Shown here: positions 1-12,943 of the stretch, piece after piece
Position numbering within the stretch: position 1 is the first letter of the stretch
How the letters are laid out: each line of letters opens with the position of its first letter
Assembly: GCA_002633005.1 (NCBI GenBank)
Contig: NMRA01000229.1
Span: forward strand, 332,698 to 393,622
Source: Phoronis australis
Lineage: Eukaryota > Animalia > Phoronida
Length of the DNA: 60,925 nucleotides
Direction of reading: 5' to 3'
Notes under the pieces: model-generated
Seen by the model: the letters and a program-made list of their open reading frames with translations, nothing else
Database searches by the model: none
What the model was told of the DNA's origin: nothing
Translations under genes and position numbers: made by a program

Positions 1-258
1 GAGTACAAGACGACACCAGGCGGATCTTTTTTGGTTTTGTTGATCAGCTCGCAAGCTTTATATGCGGCTTCGATGTTCAACGACGTCAACTTGCTTTTGT
101 TTTTGTTGAGAACCTTTCCTATGACCCCACGGCAGTAATCTTTACATTGACGGGCCTGGATCCCACACGAAAAGTATCTAGTTTGTGCCGACTGTTGCAG
201 AGTTGCAGGTATGGTCACGGGTGATCCCTTGTATGTTGCTCTCAGCTTGCACAGGCAT
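1..258 (-). CDS. Gene A exon 4, Cys-rich module 3, partial (CLCKLRATYKGSPVTIPATLQQSAQTRYFSCGIQARQCKDYCRGVIGKVLN...PPGVVLYS)
   Basis: Acceptor CCTTATTCCAG; aligns with the gene B terminal exon; continues past position 1. Confidence 0.9.
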
Positions 259-3200
259 CTGGAATAAGGATAGACACCCACAAGCATGCATTTAATACGA
301 CTAAATTATATTTTGAAATAGTGATATGTGTTACCGGTTTAAGCAATTTATGAAATAAGATCTAGCTCATCGTTTTCAATTGTACAAATAAACATCGTAT
401 GCGTTAGAAATACGCATTGTGTATGAAAGAGAAAATGCCGCTTTCCGAGAATCTCTCACAGGGCAACCGCCAGAAAACTTTCTTCGCAAATCTATAAATG
501 GAGTACAATAGCAAACAAAACGAGTTTCATTTTCTATAACAATGGTCACTCCGAGCATTCGCTAAATAACGTGCTCAGGCTCGTGGGTGGGCAATCAAAC
601 GCGTATGTACATATACATGTACACAGAATTCTGAGCCAGGCGGGTTCTAAACAGCCAGTAACTGTGCTTGGCTGAAAGTCAGAACACGAAGAAACGATCT
701 GGCTAAAGACTTGACTTAATAAACCCGTTTCAGTCCTTTGAATCTCCATTTGCACTCATCTCGAAACGAATGCAAAAATGTAGCACGCCCGACTGTCCTT
801 ACGATATTGTAGTTCTTGAGGCTTTCAAATAGACGGCGGTTAAAAAGAAGAGCACATTAATTTACGCGTCAACCGTTTGCATAATTCTCTCTCTTTTGTG
901 ACGTAAAAATTAGTCTTCAATAAACTTTTGATGAAGTTAGCTTCGTCTCACGCTCGGTACAATCGAAAGGTAATCTGTGATTTTTTTACAAATTTCTCAA
1001 TTATAGATTTATCGACATATTCGTCTTCGTATTCTCAAAGTTGGGTGGTGATTTCGTGATGAAGTTTATGTCTTTCCGGGGATCCGGCATCTAACATACA
1101 AGCATTGTCAAAGGAATCAAGGCGTTGCTGATACTGGTAAAATCAATTGGCCAAATGTCCCCCTGACAGGTAGTTTCAGGCTAACTAAACCAAGTTAGCA
1201 CCACGAATCTCCCCACTGTATTCAGCAATCATCGACTGTATTCGGTCCGTGGTTTCGTCGTATTTTAACTAGGAAAGATTACGACCGAATCTATGATAAC
1301 GATTCTCGACGACGGCGTTTTATACACTGGTTTTTGAATTCAATGTGTTCAAAACGTGGATCTCGAGAGAAATTAAACCCCGTGTTGGCGGGTTAACCAA
1401 AAGCTAGTTATGTCACCTGCTTATTCAACTTTACAACATGTACCTCCTCGAGAGATGGATGAGATGGCAAACTAACTTCACCTTTATCATACATTGAATT
1501 TTATGTTTTGAAATAGGCAGTTGTCTCGCACTTACATGTAATTTAAAGCATTTGCCATGCTTGCCGATGTAGCTGACTTTGTAAGAAATTTTCTTGCTCA
1601 ACCTTTGAGGATTGACATCATTAACAGAGCATGATATAATTTTAAGAAGTGTATGAGAAGATTGTACTTTGTATGTGAACAGGTCGAATCCGGGTTTTTG
1701 AAGGGGATGATGTACATCTTTGCGCTTTCGTATGGTAAGCAAAACACAGAAAATAGGAACACGTACAAGCTAGCGAGATGTTCTTTTGTTAAGAACATCA
1801 TAGACATAGAACCGTGTGTTCAACACTGGTAAAAATAAAGAAAGTGCATTTAATGAATTTTTAAATCGCTACGTCCACGCAACGTTCATGAACTTTTCCC
1901 CGCAGAGTACAGTATAAGCAGGCTTACATACACGTACAGAAGGAAATTACGAAGAGTCAGTCAACTCATTAGCAAAGGTACATACCGACAGCGTCTGCGT
2001 TCAACATATTTTATCCTCAAATTGTTTTTAAATGGATATAAAATGAGTATAAGGTAATATAATATAAATATCAAGGAAACTGTTTCTCGTCTTGACAGCT
2101 TAACATGAAAAACAGGCAATAAAATTTGTAACCCAGATATATTTGATTTCAAATGGCAACATCAAAGGCGAGAGTGGAAAAAAGAAACATCAACATCATG
2201 ATCAAAATATATAAGGCGCACGAGCCAAACAATAAAATACGAGAGCACTCGGATGAGCGACACTTGGCGAAATTAACCAAAAAACCACGTTAGAGATGAC
2301 CAGAAAAGACGACGACAGAGATGATGACGAAGATGACTAAATTCTGTTAGTTTTTCAAAAAAATATTTTGCGTTTTTTTGAGATTCAAACTCACATAACT
2401 CGAAAACGGTAAGTCTGAGAAAAACATTGTTACAGTTCATTTGAAAGAATATACCTCAGAGATTCTACATGCAAACTTTCACGTCATTTTCTCTTCCCGT
2501 TTAAAATGGCACTCTGGCACGACTGAATATGGGTCAACATGCGCCAGATTCGCCATCTTGGAATCAACTTCCGGTTTTTTAGAACTCGATAATAGCCGGC
2601 GACAAAAAACTAATACATGAAAAATTTCATAGCAATTGTATATTTAAAGCGCCCTCTAGAGGATAAAATGTTTTTCCCTGTGCGCATGCGCCATTGCCAA
2701 TATTTTCGCCATTTTTGACCGGAAGTAAATGATTTCTACAATAATTAGAGGGAATGGACTATTTCATATTTGCGCAGAGATTGAGCCAGATACGTCAAAA
2801 ATTGTGGGTTCTACATGTATGAGCAGCTGAATCCGAAATCGGAAACAAAATGGTGGCGATGATGGACAATGCAAGTTATGATATCATTCATATGACGAAC
2901 GTAGAAATCAGAAATCACTAAGAACTAGGCTACAGTCTTGAGCAGCACTTGGCGAAATTAATTGAAGAAAAGACGACGTCGGAGATAATGACGAAGATAA
3001 TGAATATGATGACGATAGTGATGAGGATGAACAATATCATAACATTCATATGACGAACTTGGATGCCATGAAACAGTAATATAGAGGCTACTGTCTTGTT
3101 CAATGGAAGCTAAACTAACATCAATACAGAAAGGGCGCCCAACAAAGGAACGGCGCTATCAAAAATCTCGAGTAATTCAAAAAGTAGACGTTCTAGCGAA

Positions 3201-6200
3201 AAATGTAAAACATCTTCTGAAAGCCAGTTCAAAAGTCTATCTAAACTAATAGTATAGTTAAATTCTGTTAGTTTTTCAAAAAAATATTTTGCGTTTTTTT
3301 GAGATTCAAACTCACATAACTCGAAAACGGTAAGTCTGAGAAAAACATTGTTACAGTTCATTTGAAAGAATATACCTCAGAGATTCTACATGCAAACTTT
3401 CACGTCATTTTCTCTTCCCGTTTAAAATGGCACTCTGGCACGACTGAATATGGGTCAACATGCGCCAGATTCGCCATCTTGGAATCAACTTCCGGTTTTT
3501 TAGAACTCGATAATAGCCGGCGACAAAAAACTAATACATGAAAAATTTCATAGCAATTGTATATTTAAAGCGCCCTCTAGAGGATAAAATGTTTTTCCCT
3601 GTGCGCATGCGCCATTGCCAATATTTTCGCCATTTTTGACCGGAAGTAAATGATTTCTACAATAATTAGAGGGAATGGACTATTTCATATTTGCGCAGAG
3701 ATTGAGCCAGATACGTCAAAAATTGTGGGTTCTACATGTATGAGCAGCTGAATCCGAAATCGGAAACAAAATGGTCGCCATGTCCGCCATCTTGAATCCG
3801 ATCATGACCAAAAACAATAGGCTTTCAGCACTTCTGGAGCTACATGTTGTTTGTAATTTTCGTGTGGATAGGACGAATATTGCGACCTATAGTGTGCTAC
3901 CAAAAAAAACTTGACGACAGAGCAACATACTTGGTGAATTTTATTTCGCCATGTAATGGCCAAGACTTCTCCGTCGCTGATAACCGGGGTCATAGAACCT
4001 AGCCCGTAAATCTTGAAAAAGAACGTCGTCTCGTCGGCTATATCTTTACTGGGAATAAAAGAAAACATTCTAATCTTCACAGCACTTCTTGTGGTACTAT
4101 CACTGTATGGAACAACGATATGGAATGTTTGAAAACATCACTGAATGTGCTAGTACCAACTTGCATATTTGCACGAAAAATGTGTTAAAAATGTTACCAA
4201 CGTTAGCGATCACATAAAAACGTACAGTAAATGTTTTGTGCAGTAGAGTTGCATATGCTAGCCTGTCATTATTTCGTCATGAAATTATCTTTTCACCGAG
4301 GTGGTGGTTACCATTACTTTCCAAATTTACTTCACGCTCTTGCGAAAGGTATTGCTGCAATTTCGGATTGTTGAGTTGTCTCATTAATTTTCACTGATAT
4401 TTAGACAAAGTATAAGAAATAAAAATCTGTGATATTTTTACAATTTCTGACAAATGCAAAAGACATTTTGCACACCAAATAGACCAAACAAACACATTTG
4501 GTTTTGACTCTGAAATAACCTTTAATCCTACCGAACTCCTCCAGGTTTAACGCCTTTCCTTGAATAAAAAACGCCTATCTCGAAATTCCCAAGCTTTCAC
4601 CTTTAAAGCACCTATGCGCGTCTTATTGCCCAGCAGTTAAACAAGAAATGCTTCCTTACGTGTATGTGTGAACGTCAGTCTCACCAGTGTGTCATATCCC
4701 AAAAAAGTTCATGTACGTGACTCATTTTGACTGTTCACAATCCATCAATGTTTTAGTATCTGACTCTACACGTGAATGCAAAACCCTGGGGCTTAACCCG
4801 ATAGAGCGTTCGGTTCCGCACCCTTCCCTAACTTCGTTTGTAAGATCCCATACTCCCGACTGAGTCTTGATTTTTGAATTTCTCAGTCTAAGTGGTAACC
4901 TTGGGTAGAATCGTAATTTTAAATATATAAAGTACTCCCTAGTGTCATTTTACAAAGATGTTTGAGTAATACTGGAATATGCATGCATAGATTTTAGGTG
5001 AAAGTTGAGCTGACTGCCTCATCAGACAGCGAAAATAAGCGATCGTTAGCATGCTTAAGTCCTTCACACCATGGTTATAAATGCTTGAATTTGATTTCCA
5101 ACAATTTTGACATCATAGTCTAAACATTTCATCTTAAATTTGTAAACTTATAATCCAGAAATAAACGCAAAAATTAGAAAGATATACATTTTGTGTGACG
5201 TCATCAGTGGAAGTCGGATCTAAGCAACTGTGCTGTTATGTACCTGTCGTGAGCCAGAGTGGTCTCGAAATAAGTTGCGGAGTATGCAATAAAAGCAATC
5301 GGACAGACCAAAATGATTTTGGTTTTTGGGTATGTAGCTAATTATCTGCAAAACTGTAGATTTTATCTCTACTAAAGTATATATTTTTGGGAAGTATAAA
5401 GTCTGCAGAATTGGATTTTTTACTTTTTAATTGGGTGAGTAATTTTTAGTAAATTTTACCAGAAAGAAAAGTACATTGATTTCAAAGCAATGGTATCAAT
5501 AACTGTCAGGATGAAATCTTAAAAAAAACTGTGTTTTATCATCATTTCGTTTTTCGTTGTATCTCGTAATGCAAAAGTGGAAATTCCAAAAAGCAGCTAA
5601 GGGATACTACATGTACATAAAGCATACTGTCTGAAGTTTTCATAAGAATTCAGTCTGCTGTTTCTGAGACTTGGTGTTCTGTAATTAACCAAATTGGAAT
5701 TTTCTAAGGTCCTACCCAACCTAATGGGATTTGCTAGGCAACAAAGATACCACGTGTGTTCAGATTGCATGCACGTGCAAATTCTTACCCGCAACAAACA
5801 TTTCCACCAGGTACTGGGTAAAAGTGATCACTTTTGTCGCCTATGTCATAGTCGACTTCAATCCTCACCCCGGGATGCGGGATTTTTTTCTTTAAAACGT
5901 TGCAGACGCGTTGTCCCGAGTACCAATTGACAGTCGTGCTTCTGAAGTATGACGACCTCAGCGAACCGCGAAGGTCGTTTTCGCAGAGAGTGGTGTGCTT
6001 GTCGAGACAACTGTAGTAGGGTTTGATGTAAGGGTCACGTAAAGGGATACCAATTGCATGCTGGCGATTATTTTGCCTGTATACCAAACGCAAATGGCGA
6101 CACCTGCAACAAGGATACTTTTGTAAAGATGCTGAATTGAACAAGAGTAAAACTGAAACCAAAGTCCTTTATTAAGACATTGTGACTGGTATGAAACACA

Positions 6201-8646
6201 TAATTCTGATATTCTGTGTGCTGTCTATACTTTATTCAATAGTGAGTTAACCTTAGCGAAAGGTTTAACATTGCCCCTTCGGTTTTATGCACTAAACAGA
6301 TCTCAAATAAAATGGATGTTCACAGTACACCTTTAAATGTGTGTGCCAAGTCATTTTAAAGTAACAATGAAAAAACAGGTATTTGTCGGCGGAATTCCTT
6401 GAGTGGTATTCAAAGTCATGAAATTACACAATTGTGTAGTGCAAATACCTGAACTTGAAAGTTAACTCCTTGTTAATTCCCCAAGTTGATTATGAATGGG
6501 TGAATGAAGTTTGGGGAGTTGTTGCGTACCACAGAGACATTATAGATTTATCCTACAACAGGCTTAAGTTGGTAAGTTGATAAAAGGCTACTTACTTCCT
6601 GCTGTAGCAACATATTCTACCTGGTGGCACAATTTCTTGGTATCTTAAGCTCTTACAGTTACTAACGACAGTACCCGCGTAAACCCCAACGCCGTGTTTT
6701 GTGGTTGGTCCGTGTCGAGTACAAACTCCAACTTTTCCTGCGTAAGTTGAATCAGGGTATCTCAGGTAACGTTTTACCTGGCGCAGACAATCACCAGGGC
6801 AACGTCTCTCGACGTAACCGCACGTGACTACCCAGCCGCTGTATCTCGTGTCTGGTGCATTCCCGGTTTTACTACCGATTTTCCAGGAGCAGAAGCATCT
6901 AGAAAAGAGAGTTTAAATATTAACCTATGTTAGCCAGTCACAATGAATGTCAACAATTTATGAGTATGAAAATTCATACCTGGGCCCATGATAGATTCCT
7001 GTACATGTACCTGAAAGACGTAATTTGGGACATGAATGAAGCATTGATTTTTGCAGCTGTGGAACAATGGAGTCAATATGCCGTCACCAACACGTGTTTC
7101 ATACATGTAGCTTTGATTGTCAGCGTAATTCAAATCAGCTGCTAGTAAAGATAAGAACTTCATCGTAAAACAGCATTTCTGTTCTCCTTATTAAGAAATG
7201 CTTGTGGGCCCAAAGAGTTCGATCGTTGTGTATATACATGTAATTTCCCTTGCTTTGATTGGCTACAGCTTGATTGACTTGTCGGAACTATTTGGGGCAG
7301 TAAATTGCCGAGTCGGTTGGAAAGTAGATGTTGAAAAGATTGGCCCCTATAAATAGCGATGCTATTAATAACCAAAAGGGTACTTGGTTTGGTTCATCAT
7401 TTCAAAAATGTGATCTACAATCAAGTAATTTTAAGGAGAAGTTCAATTATTATTTTTAAAACCTGGTACAATGTCAGCGATGCTGCATTTCGTAATGTTA
7501 GCCATTCTGAACAAACCAAAATGTGGGTTTCGTTAGTTTAAGGACCAAAATTGCTCACTTTGATACTAGAGTCGATGTACCTGTCAATTTAGATGTGCAT
7601 ATAGAATTGTGGTACTGTAGCTACCCATTAGCTGAGGTTATGAGCCAACATATTGTATTTTTTTAAATGCTGGCTCAGCATTTTTGTTGTATGCTTTAAT
7701 ACATTTCTGGCTCGACATACACATTCCTAATCTTTAACGTCAAGTATTTCGTGTAAGTCATTTTTAGTGGCAAAATGTGACCGCAGGTTTATTGCATTTA
7801 CAAATGGCCGACAGAATACCAGCGTAAGCGTACTTGCTATGTCTGTTTCTTGAAAACCGTCAAAGTGAAGGAAAGACCTACAGGTCAAACGAATCAAAGA
7901 ATTTTTTTAGTATAAAAAGGATACTGGCTGCGCCTGTAGCTCTGCACTCACACATGGAGAATGAATTGCGACAAAACTGGGAGGTCGCTAAAGGAGTAAG
8001 ACTGGCAGTCCTGCATGTATCTTTATTAATCTATGCAATTAAACACATGAATTTATGTGTCATATGTCAGAACACAGTGTCGTTCATGAAATAAACTATA
8101 AATTTATTCAAAAATATACAAGCCTTCCGAGATGAAATTTATACATGTACATGTATGTCTGAAAAAAGAAAAAAGGTGGCTGGGGAAAAGTCATTGCATG
8201 TTTTGCCACCGTATGTACGTCGGAACCTTGTCGAATTCGCACGCTGGCTAGTTCACTTTGAAAAATACAGTATTCAGTAGGGTATAATGTTTACACAATA
8301 TCCGAAATTTGAATGTATGGCTATTAAATTTTTACAACCTGTTTGTTTTTAAGTCATCGCTGTTTCCACAATTTCTAATTGATGATTACAATTATTTAGT
8401 GTTTTACAAAATCGATTAAAGGTATGTTGAGACAACTAGTTTCAATTTTTGTTCAATAAATCTCGGCGCAGGTGTTGCTGAAGTAAGAAAACGACAATTT
8501 GAAACGTGTGAATCACGAAGTACATGTACACTAACCAACACTTATATTGTGAATGTACGACAGGATTTCAAAAAGTGCACTTACGTTCTTGTGTTACCCC
8601 AAGCACTTCGGAGAAAGAAAAGGAGAACAGCAATCTTTACAATCAT
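1..8646 (-). CDS. Gene A (3'-truncated by the window edge): paralogue of gene B; join(complement 8585..8646, 6596..6898, 5789..6103, <1..258)
   Basis: Same exon number, sizes and phase-2 introns as gene B; continuous ORF after splicing; signal-peptide-like MIVKIAVLLFFLRSAWGNTRT. Confidence 0.88.
2240..3957 (-). mobile_element. Helentron/DINE-1-like non-autonomous element(s), apparently two head-to-tail units
   Basis: Terminal hairpin TACTTGGTGAA..TTCGCCATGTA (3928-3955); motif ACTTGGCGAAATTAA at ~2262 and ~2947; CAAAATGG..GCCATCTTG cores; 3765-3957 is homologous to the reverse complement of 26718-26925. Confidence 0.5.
2338..3775 (+). repeat. 517-bp direct repeat (2338..2854 and 3259..3775)
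   Basis: The copies appear identical by eye at a constant offset of 921 bp. Confidence 0.9.
5789..6103 (-). CDS. Gene A exon 3, Cys-rich module 2 (CRHLRLVYRQ...PGGNVCCG)
   Basis: Acceptor CCTTGTTGCAG, donor GG|GTAAGA; 315 nt. Confidence 0.92.
6596..6898 (-). CDS. Gene A exon 2, Cys-rich module 1 (CFCSWKIGSKTG...PPGRICCYSR)
   Basis: Acceptor TCTCTTTTCTAG, donor AA|GTAAGT; 303 nt open. Missed by the ORF track (no start codon). Confidence 0.92.
8585..8646 (-). CDS. Gene A exon 1 (signal peptide MIVKIAVLLFFLRSAWGNTR)
   Basis: 62 nt, donor AC|GTAAGT in phase 2; basic-hydrophobic-small (SAWG) pattern. Confidence 0.85.
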
Positions 8647-9255
8647 CTTTCACAAATAGATAACAGCTCTGTGTCGAACAAGCATCTGGTGAAGACCTCT
8701 TGTCTGAGCCAATTTTGTTATCACGGTAAAAGCCATAATGCTCAGTCACCTGGAATATTTTTTGTGTAATAATGTCAATGAAAGCGTTAAAACAAATATC
8801 GTGTTTCGCCCGGGCTCGATGTGTCCCAAATGTGCTGCATAATACCAGAAAGACGTCAACAGCGGCTAATGCTTTCTTGGGCCTGAGATTTGATCCTTGT
8901 GCTGAGAATCGAGTTTACCTGTTACTGTACGTTCTTCTTTTGTGCGAACTCAATACAATTGTCTGATCCAAGATCCCAGTTGGTAACACCATTTCGAGGA
9001 TCAACTCCATCAGAGAATAATATGCACCCGATACCTAGTAAAATACAACAATTTCGTAAAATGTAAGAACTATAACAGTTTACGTCATTGTTACGTTTTA
9101 CGTTGCTAACACTCTCCTAAAATGTAACAAGTTGATACATCTTCCTTACTTGATACATGCACATTTTACGTCGAATGCACATCCGAGAAAAGTACCAGTG
9201 TTACATTTTATGAAGAAAATCGTCAAAATCAAGAACAAATGGTATCTGGCATTTC

Positions 9256-9560
9256 TGGGGGGGTACTCAAGTATTTTTGGACGAGGGGTGCCGCCCGAAA
9301 AGTTTGGATATCTACCCGTTTAGAGAGTTGGCTCGCACAAAAGAGTGACCCATTTGTAGACTCACTTTGTGCAAAAATTCACGTTTTCGCGCAGTTCTTT
9401 TCCAGAAATTCAGAAAAGGCGCCCTTTAGACAATACATGTATTTAAGCGAAAATTGCTCCATCTTGGTGAGCATTTTTACTGTGAAAAAACACCCTTTTG
9501 AGCGGCACTTGTATACCTTTTCCAAAAAAATGCCCTCTTGGCTCACTGACACGGTATGAA
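9256..9560 (+). mobile_element. Dispersed repeat beginning GGGGGGGTACTC; inverted copies at ~23605-23895 and ~25815-26098
   Basis: Shared blocks such as CCAGAAATTCAGAAAAGGC and GGGGTGCCGCCC on opposite strands. Confidence 0.6.
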
Positions 9561-11617
9561 TCTGGCTACCCATTATCATTTTTATTACTAATACATTACT
9601 ATTACTATTAGTATTACTATTACTATTACTATTACTATTACTATTACTACTACTGCTCATATTATTACAATTACTACTAATTATTAACTAATTAATGCTA
9701 TCACTACTATTACTAATTCCACTACTGTTACACGTTAATAAGTAGGGCACAGTGCAGTATACACAATACATGTTTAGCAAAGTGCATTATGGTCCTCAAA
9801 AATTATCGTTCATTGTTTTCACCGGGTTTCCCATAATGGACAACGAGCGCTATTTCAAAAAGGGTACCTATGTTCAACCTTATTGAGAGAAACGTGTTGA
9901 CAGCTGTAGATGCAGAGTAGGTCTACTGTTTGGAAACGAGGAGGTTGAGATTTAAAATGTTGTTTAGACGTGCGCCATTTCAAAAATTATTTATTTCTGA
10001 ACTATTGTCAAGCACGGTATTGATTTTAAATATAACTATATCCTTCTGTAGTTTGTCACGAATGACTGAATTCATACTCTGTTTTTTTTTACTTGCGACG
10101 TTCTGAAGGTGAGGATACCTAAAGTGTTATCATTTCTGTCTCTTGTTAAACACATTCCTTTTCAAGGAACTGGGTTTCGTTCCACGATGATTTGTAAGTT
10201 CAAATATTGCGTTAAGTGAAACTCTGGGGTAGGGATTTCTTTAGAAACACAGCTGTTACTGCGGTCACCAGATCAATAGCATAGGCGGTGGCGGACATAC
10301 AAAACACGTAACAATTTTATGTGGAACGGGCTCCAATTTTCTTCGAAGAACACAGTGATTTTAACTGAGTGATTTGACCTAGGTTTCATTGAAAGGTGGG
10401 TTGTATGGAACAAAAACGGCCAACGTCAAAGTCTGCGATGTAGCAAAAGGNTTTTGGACGAGGGGTGCCGCCCGAAAAGTTTGGATATCTACCCGTTTAG
10501 AGAGTTGGCTAGCACAAAAGAGTGACCCATTTGTAGACTCACTTTGTGCAAAAATTCACGTTTTCGCACAGTTCTTTTCCAGAAATTCAGAAAAGGCGCC
10601 CTTTAGACAATACATGTACTTAAGCGAAAATTGCTCCATCTTGGTGAGCATTTTTACTGTGAAAAAACACCCTTTTGAGCGGCACTTGTATACCTTTTCC
10701 AAAAAAATGCCATCTTGGCTCACTGACACGGTATGAATCTGGCTACCCATTATCATTTTTATTACTAATACATTACTATTACTATTACTATTACTATTAC
10801 TACTACTGATCATATTATTACAATTACTACTAATTATTAACTAATTAATGCTATCACTACTATAACTAATTCCACTACTGTTACACGTTAATAAGTAGGG
10901 CACAGTGCAGTATACACAATACATGTTTAGCAAAGTGCATTATGGTCCTCAAAAATTATCGTTCATTGTTTTCACCGGGTTTCCCATAATGGACAACGAG
11001 CGCTATTTCAAAAAGGGTACCTATGTTCAACCTTATTGAGAGAAACGTGTTGACGGCTGTAGATGCAGAGTAGGTCTACTGTTTGGAAACGAGGAGGTTG
11101 AGATTTAAAATGTTGTTTAGACGTGCGCCATTTCAAAAATTATTTATTTCTGAACTATTGTCAAGCACGGTATTGATTTTAAATATAACTATATCCTCCT
11201 GTAGTTTGTCACGAATGACTGAATTCATACTCTGTTTTTTTTACTTGCGACTTTCTGAAGGTGAGGATACCTAAAGTGTTATCATTTTTGTCTCTTGTTA
11301 AACACATTCCTTTTCAAGGAACTGGGTTTCGTTCCACGATGATTTGTAAGTTCAATTATTGCGTTAAGTGAAACTCTGGGGTAGGAATTTCTTTAGAAAC
11401 ACAGGTAGCGTCTTGTCCGCTTTTACTGCGGTCACCAGATCAATAGCATAGGTGGTGGCGGACATACTAAACACGCAACAATTTTATGTGGAACGGGCTC
11501 CAATTTTCTTCAAAGAACACAGTGATTTTAACTGAGTGATTTGACCTAGGTTTCACTGAAAGGTGGGTTGTATGGGACAAAAACGGCCAACGTCAAAGTC
11601 TGCGATGTAGCAAAAGG
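9275..11617 (+). repeat. ~1.17-kb near-identical duplication across the N at 10451 (probably two alleles)
   Basis: 9275..10450 versus 10452..11617; differ by SNPs, a small indel and microsatellite length. Confidence 0.9.
9582..9715. repeat. (TATTAC)n/(TAC)n microsatellite; shorter copy at ~10760-10865
   Basis: Directly visible; source of the spurious (SN)n ORFs. Confidence 0.9.
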
Positions 11618-12560
11618 TTAATACACCAAATTCTCTTATCTGCCTATAACCACGCGTATTGTTGACAACGAGCTGCAACGCAAAAATGGCGCCTCATGAG
11701 ACCTGTGGCTTAATTCGAGAATGTCCAATCTCTGTCTTTATTTATATGTGCTTAGGACAAACGAATATTGACGAATTGGCAATTTTAATTGATATTATAT
11801 TTTAAAATATAGTACAAAGAGAAAGTACATGTTTTTTGTAGTCCAAAGGGCCTACAGTCAGCTTTATTCGGGCTATTGCCCCTTTAAACTATCAATCTAG
11901 ACTCGGTTTGAGCAAATTGATCATGCCGTTTCAGAGAGGCAAAGTATTTTCTATTTCCCCTGCTAGGCCCCCCAAATTTACGTATACACGATACGGTTTT
12001 ATTTGTTGTTACCACCATTATTTCAGACAGGTTTTATATCATAGGAACAATGACATATCGTTCAGCTTTTAAATTGTTTAAAACATGTTACTATTATACT
12101 CCTTTTGCGTGGAGCTTTAGTGATGGCTCCAAGGTAATAAAACACTGGCTGAAATAAATCAAACTGACGTCGCTTAAAACAGGCTTTTTCTATCAAATTG
12201 GCTTCCGAAATTAAAGTATCCGTAAAAAAAAATGTTATTGTCCTTTGTTCCCGAAGAAATACGACATTTTTTTCCAAAATACGATTTCATTGTGTCTGTT
12301 ACCAAGGGAAGTGTGTTTACTATAATGCCGGGCGTACAATAGGTTCATGGCATGTGAGCGCCCGTCAAAGTATGAGAATAACGTTATTTTGCATTACGGG
12401 AAATCTGCCTTTCATGCACACAATTTACCACAGAATTCAGTCGCTTATAGAGAATTAAACAACACTAGCATATTGGACAACAGTAACTTTCATATTCAAA
12501 GGTTGAAGCTTTTGTTATTGGTATTTTTACCCGTACATGTTCGTGTTGCAATTTAACAAC

Positions 12561-12566
12561 TTTATT
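12561..12566 (-). terminator. Candidate polyadenylation signal of gene B overlapping the stop codon
   Basis: Minus strand reads TGC TAA TAAAG, so AATAAA overlaps the TAA stop. Confidence 0.4.
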
Positions 12567-12943
12567 AGCAATTTAAGTTGGCTACAATGGGTGGTAAACC
12601 AAGTGCTTGCAAATGCGGTGGAACTTTGACACAACACGTGTCGCCGAGTTTGTCTTTCACCGGTCCAGCACCAACGTCATACTCTGAGTACAAAACGACT
12701 CCTGGTGAGCTTATCAGTGTTTGGTTGATCAGTGTGCAAGCTTTTGTTGCGGCTCCGACGTCCAGCGATATCAACATTCCTTGGTTTGTATTGAGAACCT
12801 TTCCAATTACTCGACGACAATAATGCTGACACTGCAATTGCTGAAGCCAACACGAAAAGTATCTAGTTTGTCCCGACTGCGGGAGAGTTACCGGAATGTT
12901 GACAGGCAACCCATTGTGTACTGCCTTCAGTTTGCAAACGCAT
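12565..12943 (-). CDS. Gene B terminal exon, Cys-rich module 3 plus tail (CVCKLKAVHN...GDTCCVKVPPHLQALGLPPIVANLNC*)
   Basis: Acceptor TTTCATTTCAG; in frame to TAA at 12567-12565; homologous to 1..258. Confidence 0.9.

Noticed and set aside
1431-1807. ORFs with a hydrophobic start (MMFLTKEHLASLYVFLFSVFC...) in gene A intron 3
   Set aside because: No counterpart in gene B, no convincing splice pair, and gene A splices in frame without them.
9239-10813. Duplicated ORFs (106/115 aa plus strand; (SN)n-starting minus strand)
   Set aside because: They lie in a dispersed repeat plus microsatellite and are doubled only by the allelic overlap at N10451.
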